A stretch of DNA of 64,000 nt from Octopus sinensis (lineage: Eukaryota), in NCBI RefSeq assembly GCF_006345805.1, contig NC_042997.1, positions 127,038,001 to 127,102,000 of the forward strand, read 5' to 3'. A program made the position numbers and the translations under genes. The notes under the pieces were generated by a model. It saw only the letters and a program-made list of their open reading frames with translations, had not been told where the DNA came from and did not search any database. Shown one piece after another: positions 56,110-64,000 of this stretch (the first letter of the stretch is position 1; each line of letters begins with the position of its first letter).

Positions 56110-57070
56110 ATGAATGAATCCTGTCTTGGGTCAACGACAGTCAATCGATTGCGAGGGGAACTTAGGAATTCTGAAATGGTGTCCGCTGCCCTCAAAGGCA
56201 ATTTCAGAAACTCTGAACGAAGAAAACAACGTTTTATACAACATTGAACCCGATGTGGTTGATTTAAGACGTGTTAAAGTACACACCTCTGTCTTAACTT
56301 TCGACACCCTGGACATCGTAACCGAAATAAATATAATTGTGTTAGACATAAATGTGCATCTCTTCTAGTTAATCTGTAGAATAATTCAATTGGACACAGT
56401 TTTATGCCAGAACATTTTGTTGCCCTTTCGTCTGTCTTCTCGGATTTCAAAAGATGTAATATGTCGTTTGTAATACATTAACGACCGATCTCTCATCTCA
56501 TAACATTAAAGCATTTAACTAGTGATCAAGTAAAGAGCAACTGATTTCCTAGAAAGGAACAATCTTCTAAATCTTAACCAGTATGGTTCTTGAAGTAGAT
56601 GAGGCAGCTTATCAAGACTGCTACTCCATTTTAATAACGTTTTAAATGTTCTGGTAGAAGGCTCAAACGCAGAATAGTCAATCGCTGTGTTTCCAGGCTA
56701 CTTGTGTTAGTCTCACTTCTGTTCATTATATAAATGAAAGAGTAAATCAAATCGAACTTGATGCTGAATTCCAGAAATACACTAACAGAAATGCACCAAC
56801 AAAGTGGGCGACGGGACAGATCTTCACTCTCATCTATGAACTGTAATACAATTGACGGAAGAAGTATACTGCTCAACAAGGGAACATTTGAACTCATCCT
56901 CATCGAAAAAGAAGCTATGAGTAAACAGTCAGGGCAGCCTCAAGTGTCCTCATATACTGTCAGAAATTTAAAGGTAACTGTCGACAAGAATCTAAGCCTG
57001 AACGTCCACATCAGTAATAAAGTCAACATAGTTCGTAGGTTGCTCTCTCGGATCCTTTTCAGCTTCTCAG
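56110..57070 (+). mobile_element. Internally deleted CR1/L2-like LINE remnant
   Basis: RPIS-like and NNLL..NQYG motifs (~56490-56590); VRNLKVTVDKNLSLNVHIS. Confidence 0.7.
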
Positions 57071-57086
57071 TTTAGAGATCTTAATG

Positions 57087-57305
57087 GGGCGGTGAGCTGG
57101 CAGAATTGTTAGCACGCCGGGTGAAATGCTTAGTGGTATTTCGTCTGTCTCTTTCGTTCTGAAGTTCAAATTCCGCCGAGGTCGACTTTGCCCTTTATCA
57201 TTTTGGGGTCCATAAATTAAGTACTATTTGCGTACTGGGGTCGATCTAATCGATTGCCCCACCCTCACCACAAATTTCGGACCTTGTACCTAGAACAGAA
57301 AAGAA
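57087..57305 (+). mobile_element. SINE family B, full length with a 16-bp target-site duplication
   Basis: TSD tttagagatcttaatg at 57071-57086 and 57306-57321; head ggcggtgagctggcagaa; B-box-like agttcaaattcc; conserved core gtcgactttgcc...ggggtcgat. Confidence 0.9.
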
Positions 57306-57544
57306 TTTAGAGATCTTAATGTCATGATCCTTTTGTTATATCCTTGCTTAAGCTAAACTTGGATACTGTTGCTTGTATGACCCTCTATACCAAACAAAAT
57401 ATGAGAAATGAAATAAAAAAACACTAGTAGTCTATTACAAAAAATATAGAAATAAAATGTTAATAATTAAGTGCAGGCATTGCTGGAAACTATGTGGTTT
57501 CGGATTCAGTTATACCGCACTGCACTCAAGAAAGTAACTTCCAC

Positions 57545-58152
57545 ATAGGCGCAGGAGTGGGTGTGTGGTAAGTAGCTTGCTTACCAACCATATGGTTCCC
57601 GGTTCAGTCCCACTGCGTGGCACCTTGGGCAGGTGTCTTCTACTATAGCCTCGGACCCACCATAGCCTTGTGAGTGGATTTGGTAGAGGGAAACTGAAAC
57701 AAATCCGTCGTATATGTGTGTGTGTGTGTTTGTGTTCATCCCCCACCATCGATTGACAACCGATGTTAGTGTGTTTACACCCCACTTTATATATAGTGAG
57801 AATTTACAATAAGCAAAAGACGAAGACGGGTATGTAAACAACAAACAGCTGTCCCTTCGATGTACGGGCCTTCGTGGCCAATTTCATGAAATAAAGAAGA
57901 TTGCTTCCTAACTACATGGTTCCAGGTCCAGTCCCACTGCGTGGCACCTTGCACAAATGTCTTCTACTAAGCCTCGGGCCGAACAAAGCCTTGTGAATGG
58001 ATTTGGTAGACGGAAACTGAAAGAAGCCCGTAGTGTGTCGTATATTTGTGTGTGTGTGTGTGTGTGTGGTGTGTGTGTATGTGTGTGTGGCTTGACAAAA
58101 AGGTGGTGCTCCATCATGGCGAAGTCAAATAACTGAACCAAGTAAAAGAATA

Positions 58153-58200
<48 letters not shown>

Positions 58201-58410
58201 CAGTTGCTCTATTTCTGTTTGTTTGCCTCACGGCTTGACAGCCCGTGTTGGTTTGTTTACATCCAGATAAATTAGTGGGTTGATAAATCAGACCGATATA
58301 ATAAGTATTAGATTTAAAAAGCATGTACTGGGGTCGATGTATTCGTCTAAATCCTTCAAAGCAGTGTTCCAGCGTGGCCGCACTCCAGTAGATTGAGCAA
58401 GTCAAAGATA
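57545..58410. mobile_element. Cluster of SINE family A copies in both orientations (57545-57790 +, 57900-58150 -, 58200-58410 + diverged)
   Basis: Head ataggcgcaggagtgg at 57545; an inverted head starts at ~57905. Confidence 0.8.
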
Positions 58411-59669
58411 AATACAAATAATTTAATAAATAGCACGGCAAGCCCTACCTTCTAGGATTGCCTCAGCAAATTCGTGCTTTTGTCACTTCCAACGCCAGCG
58501 TAAGCGCCATATTAAATTCACAATGTAGAAAATATTCCATCAGTATAGCCTAAATTATGCTGGCATTCAAGGCTGTAATATCCTGTCATGCTAAATGTTG
58601 GTTCACATCATCTAAAGACATTGTGATAACAGTTATATCTCAAATGATTTAGATTTATTCAAGATGATCGTGAAAAAATCGAATTTTATTGGAAAGATCC
58701 TATAAAATTAAATTGATAGCTAGACAAATTCTTTCAAAAAATTAGGACACCATCGATGCCTGAAGACATTTCGTTTAACAAGACATCTATACTAGAGTGT
58801 GCTATGGTGTCGGTGTCCCAAAATCTAACTTCAGCTAATGGTGTGGTGCCATTACGTTTGATATAAGCTGGGTCACATATACGATCATTGATATAAATAC
58901 TTGCATATGTTCATATAAAAATACACACATATATACACACACAAACACACACATATGTATATAAATATTACGGCACATTCAAGTATACACACACACACAA
59001 GTTCAATACAAATAGGAAATGGAGGCAGTTAAAACGAAGCCAAAAGCACGCGTACTATATAGACACGCACAAATATATGTAAATAAACAGATGTACTTCT
59101 CATGTACGCACACATACTCATATATACGCATAGTACAACACAAACACACAAACACCTATATATCTAAAAGTAAAAAGAAAGAAAATGTGTATGTGTGTCT
59201 TTGCACGCACGCACATATATAAAGGGGATCGTCCGTTGATGAGCTTTCTGTTGTTTGATCAAATAAATGCTTCCTCTTTGAATTAATATGTGACAAAGTA
59301 GAACATTCCACACGCACGCACATACGCGACACACACACACACACGCACGCGCGTGGACTTTTAACGTAATTTTGAGAGCAAGTCATCACGACAGGGTGTG
59401 TGACACATCTGGATCTTTTAATTACCTGTATTATAAACTATACGACAGGTTTCTAAGCAGTTTCTGCATACACAATGTCATTCACAATGACAGTATCGGC
59501 TCGCGGTCAAAGCAAACATTGGCACAAGATGTCACGCTTCTAGATAAGAACCGAGACCATGCGAATGAGGCAACGTTTTCAACCATACGTATGAAGTTGC
59601 AAACATATTAAATCAAACACGCATATATGTATACAAGAGTTAACACAAATACATTAGTATACATTCAGG

Positions 59670-59700
<31 letters not shown>

Positions 59701-59705
<5 letters not shown>

Positions 59706-60524
59706 CTATATATGTGGGAAATTCTGTCAGTGGATGTGTTTGTGTAGTTGTTAGCTATCTTCTCCTACATCGTTTTATCGATTTTGTTGAAACGTAATTA
59801 CGTGAGTAGAACTCATGTCTGGAAACCTCGTGGCATACTCAGATTGTTGAAAAAAAAAATCGATAATAGGGCACCTGGAAGGGATTCTTATATATAACCA
59901 TCCTTATATATAACCTAGGGAAATAACCCATTCATTTTCCTAATTTATTTGGGAAAAATGAAATCGAATATGCATATTTCTTAGTATTTGAACTGTTAGA
60001 GTTATTTTCGCAATTTATCTAGTACAACCCTTAGACAAGTAAATAGTATTTTCCTAAACAATAGATTCACTTATTTCAGTGAGTGACTTATTCACGAATA
60101 TACCAACACTAGCGCCCCTGAGAGTGATATTCTCTGGGAACGCACAAAAGCCCTTTTCTGAGTTATTTACTTTGAATTGCTATTATCTTATATCTGATTA
60201 GTCTGTTATTAGGTAACCTGCTTCACGATATTATTATACATACCTTATTAGTATTAAAGCCCTTTTCGGGGCTACTTTATTTGAATTCCTACTATCGGGT
60301 AACTAATTTCATGCTATTACATAACTGACTTCACAATTTGGGTATTTATAACTTATAGGGAATTCCTAAAAACAAGATCCTGTGTAAGACAGTTCGGTAT
60401 TCTCTGTAAATGCACAAGAACTGTTTTAAGGGCTACATACTTTGTATTGTTATTGGATTAGCGAAACAATTATGAGAACGGAACCAATTCCCGCTTTCCC
60501 GGGAATTACCGGTACGTCAGCTAG
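59701..60524 (+). mobile_element. Non-autonomous Helitron, second copy of the same family
   Basis: Colinear with the reverse complement of 14375-15249; ends ccgggaattaccggtacgtcagCTAG|T; the 5' TC is decayed. Confidence 0.85.
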
Positions 60525-60617
60525 TATATATATTTATGTATATACATCTTTGCTATTATGCAAAAGTGTTGTAAGTCCAAAATGTTGCTTTTTCATAAAA
60601 CAAAAACATAGTTTCAC

Positions 60618-60714
60618 CATTTCATAGTAAAACTGATGTACTTCACTTTGACAATTTTTCATATCTTGGCCTCTGAAGCAGCGGGAAATACGATACTTTG
60701 ACCAAAAGAACCGG
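60618..60714 (-). CDS. Candidate exon (RFFWSKYRISRCFRGQDMKNCQSEVHQFYYEM)
   Basis: Acceptor tttttgcttgcaatag|, weak donor ATG|gtgaaa, 97 nt, phase 2-0, open frame in unique sequence. Confidence 0.5.
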
Positions 60715-60799
60715 CTATTGCAAGCAAAAATAAATATTGAAATAAGCGCATTTGGCCAAATTTGGGACATACGACAGTTTAACAGTATAGCAACGATAT

Positions 60800-61137
60800 A
60801 CATATGTGTTGAGACCCCCTTCGGTCATGACTGACCATGGGATTGCACCTAGAAAGTTATCCTCCCAGGCACAAGTCCGGGCAAGGTTGCTTATGGGAGA
60901 CCAGCAGTCGCCGATGCATACCGGCCTCCCCTCTCCACACCACCAGTGTTATCCAAGGGAAAGGCAAAGGCCTATACCGCTTGGCACCTGTGACGTCGCA
61001 ACTCATTTCTACAGTTGAGTGAACTGGAGCAACGTGAAATAAAATGTCTTGCTCAAGAACACACAACCTCACGATTCGAACTCACAACCTCACGATAGTG
61101 AGCTAGACGCTCAAACCACTAAGCCATGCGCCTTCAT
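60800..61137 (-). mobile_element. SINE with a family C head/CORE and a different tail
   Basis: Minus strand starts tgaaggcgcatggcttagtgg; the body differs from family C after the CORE. Confidence 0.7.
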
Positions 61138-61215
61138 ATATATATATATATATGTTCGCATACACACGTATATACACACATACGCATGCATACATACCTA
61201 CACACACATATATAT

Positions 61216-61276
<61 letters not shown>

Positions 61277-61439
61277 AATTTATACACACACATACAAACA
61301 TATGTAAGTACATATACATAAGACATAACCGTAAACATACAAACATAGACACATATGTATTTCTATATATACACATTGTTACAATAATATTCAGTCCATA
61401 GTTCTGCAGAACTAGATATTTATATGTACTCATACATAC

Positions 61440-61453
61440 ACTGTTAGGTAAAC
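61440..61453 (-). CDS. Candidate 14-nt micro-exon (VYLTV)
   Basis: caatttcaacag|GTTTACCTAACAGT|gtatgt. Phase 0-2 fits the 60714 exon, but the donor may be a chance product of a (TATG)n remnant. Confidence 0.3.
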
Positions 61454-61699
61454 CTGTTGAAATTGATAATCCATAGCATACATTCACATGCGTGTGGGAC
61501 AGAAGCAGAATGTTATACAAATAGAGAAGACATGCCTGTATCAATAAGTTATTGGTTATATTTATGAGGACTATAACGTATTTGGTACTGTACAATTCCT
61601 CGTGGAGGTATTAGACAACACATTTTTGAAGACATGTGCTTTTAGTAAGACAAGTGCATTGAGGTGTGGAACCGTGTCCGATTGAAGAGGTTAACTTTC

Positions 61700-63250
61700 T
61701 CCCTTTAACTTTCTCCCGTTAATGAAGAGGTGAAATTCCCCGAATTCTTGAACTATCCCAAGACTTGCAAGAGAAGTGCTTACTAACATAAATAATTTAA
61801 TTTACAAAGGAACAAACAAGTTCAGAACTGACGCTTATACTTAAAGATGGATTAAACCAAGTAAGCTTCCTTTTCAGGTGTCTTTAGCATTAAAAGTAGT
61901 ATATCTGGGTATATAATGGATCTGATCAATTAAATTGTTTCTCCTTAAAACCTCTCTATAAAATTCGGCATCACCATTGCATGTCTCTTCATCAGAAGAT
62001 ATCTTTGAAATTCTCTTACTCATATTTCTAAATAAATTTCTCAGAATAGTGGGGATTGCTTAGAGATTCTATGACTTTATAGTATAACATCATTAGGCTT
62101 CCGACAAGAATATTAGCTTAGTTTAAGTACCTGGAACTAAATTAAGGGTAAGATCTAAAGACCTGAATATACTAGCGTTAGTCTTCACCGTAATTTTAAT
62201 ACAAAACTTCTAAAAGTGTTTATTAAATTCTTTCTGAGTCTTTCTAACTAGTGACCATTCCTATTACGTATCAAAATTAGTTCGTTGTCTCTGTATAACC
62301 CTAATTCTATAAATTCAAATTTATATTTCAAGTTGTATGAAATCATTAACTTACAGACTCGGGCACTATGAAAGCAATAGTTAGGAACATCGAAGACTTC
62401 CGTGTCACTACGCTTTGCTCAAAATTAAGCATCATGAGAGGGAAAAGATATCTTAGCGTGTCTAATTATATCGATGTCTGAATCACTGAAGGCAGTATAT
62501 TTATGTCCGAAGTTTAAATCTGTCGTCAATCGGGATTCAGTAATAGACAAACTAATACACTGCAATGATGAGCTGAGTGAAATGGCAGGTATATTCATTT
62601 TAATTAATGAATCATATATCACCTTATTGACTATACTTAATTCACTCTTAGAATTGCTAAGCTTTATTTGGAGTCCGTGTGAATTTATACTGCATCCGGT
62701 AGTGAGGTCCTGGTTCAGAAGTCCCAGGATTTTGAAGAGTGTGGAATCACCTCTCAACCACAATTATTTACAAATTTACTCTGACCCTCACAAGTAGCAC
62801 TTGCCAGGGTCCCAGCCATGAGTTAATTAGCATGTCACGGGATTGCTTCCGGATGAAGGTCGCTCATATACACTCTAGATGAGCAGATGAGGCCCTTCAG
62901 CCCATTAGCCGCTCTTCTAAGAGAAGGTAACTCCACACAAATCCTGCACCATGGTAGCTACAGAGCTCGTGGAACTTCTTGCACCAGATCAATACAAGTG
63001 TGAAGGACGAGTGAGTGAGACTAGCTCTGTTAAAAACCATATCCAATATTAATCGAGCAGGTTATTCAGCAAACCAAGGCACAAACATCATTGCTACCAC
63101 ATTTTCATACGTCCAATAGCGACAGAGAAAGAGGCGACGAGGACAGGCAGAGGATGCAACTGGACGGTTTCAATTTTGACCCCTGGGTGATAGTCGTTTT
63201 CACAGACCTAGTGCTATTTTTTGTTGAACCCTCATTTATCGAAACATCGA
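61700..63250 (-). mobile_element. LINE 5' half (APE endonuclease) remnant, CR1/L2-like
   Basis: SIVNKVIYDSL..ISLSITESRL resembles the APE NARSIxNK..ITETWL motif. Confidence 0.6.
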
Positions 63251-63449
63251 GATCTTCACCACTTAGTGTTAGCTAAAATAATAAGATTTATGCTTTTTAA
63301 AGTTGCTACGATGAATCTGGGCAGATACAATGTCAGTTCTATTAACTACTTTAAAGACTGATGCCAAATGCTGTGCTTCCTTGTAAATAACATTGTATGT
63401 GCAAGGATTAGCTTTTTTCTCCAAATACGTTTGTATGTATGTATGTACT

Positions 63450-63757
63450 ACGTCGATTACGACGGTTCCAGTTGATCCGATCGACGGAACAGCCTGCTCG
63501 TGATATTAACGTGCAAGTGGCTGAGCACTCCACAGACACGTGTACCCTTAAGGTAGTTCTCATGGAGATTCAGCATGACACAAAGTGTGACAAGGCTGAC
63601 CCTTTGAAATACAGGTACTACTCATTTTTGCCTGCTGAGTTCACTGGAACAACGTGAAATAAAGTATCTTGCTCAAGGAAACAACGCGTCGCTGGGAATT
63701 GAACTCACGACCATACAATAGCGAGCCGAATGCCCTAACCACTAAACCAAGCGCCTA
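63450..63757 (-). mobile_element. SINE family C
   Basis: Reverse complement of 48988-49312. Confidence 0.85.
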
Positions 63758-64000
63758 TGAACGCTTGTATATTTGTATGTATGTATGTATGTATGTATGT
63801 ATGTATGTATGTATGTATGTATGTATGTATGTATGTATTTATGTATGTTTGTACACAGAAACTTACACGCACTCACACACGCCAACATACACGCACACAC
63901 ATATATTGGAAGATTTGCTGTGAGGTAAGATTATACATATTTATTTTCGTATGTATGTCATCTATCATAATTATATTCTTTCTGTTTATTTTCCTATCAC

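Noticed and set aside
63329-63379. Possible upstream exon EAQHLASVFK(VVNRTDI)
   Set aside because: AAG acceptor and ambiguous weak donors; too little support to list as a feature.

Overview
AT-rich, microsatellite-dense eukaryotic genomic DNA. The repeat landscape (tRNA/CORE-type SINEs, (TATG)n, (TA)n, (CA)n and (CTAT)n tracts) is what I recall as typical of Octopus; the species call is from recall, not a database search. Nearly all ORFs in the supplied track are microsatellite or transposon artefacts. The window reads as introns of one large minus-strand gene. About ten short, phase-compatible candidate exons (14-109 nt, ~19.5-61.5 kb) splice into a plausible helical/coiled-coil peptide that I cannot name. 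The introns hold decayed Ty3/Gypsy, R4/Dong-like, CR1/L2-like, Tx1/L1-like, mariner and two hAT (Buster/Charlie-type) elements, a non-autonomous Helitron family and three SINE families. Most notable observations: (1) minimal type-I hammerhead ribozyme motifs in several unrelated short elements inserted in (TA)n/(AAT)n tracts; (2) a LINE 3'UTR that shares its terminus with the commonest SINE, a candidate partner LINE; (3) long intronic fold-backs near micro-exons. No rRNA, true tRNA, CRISPR array or prokaryotic feature was seen.
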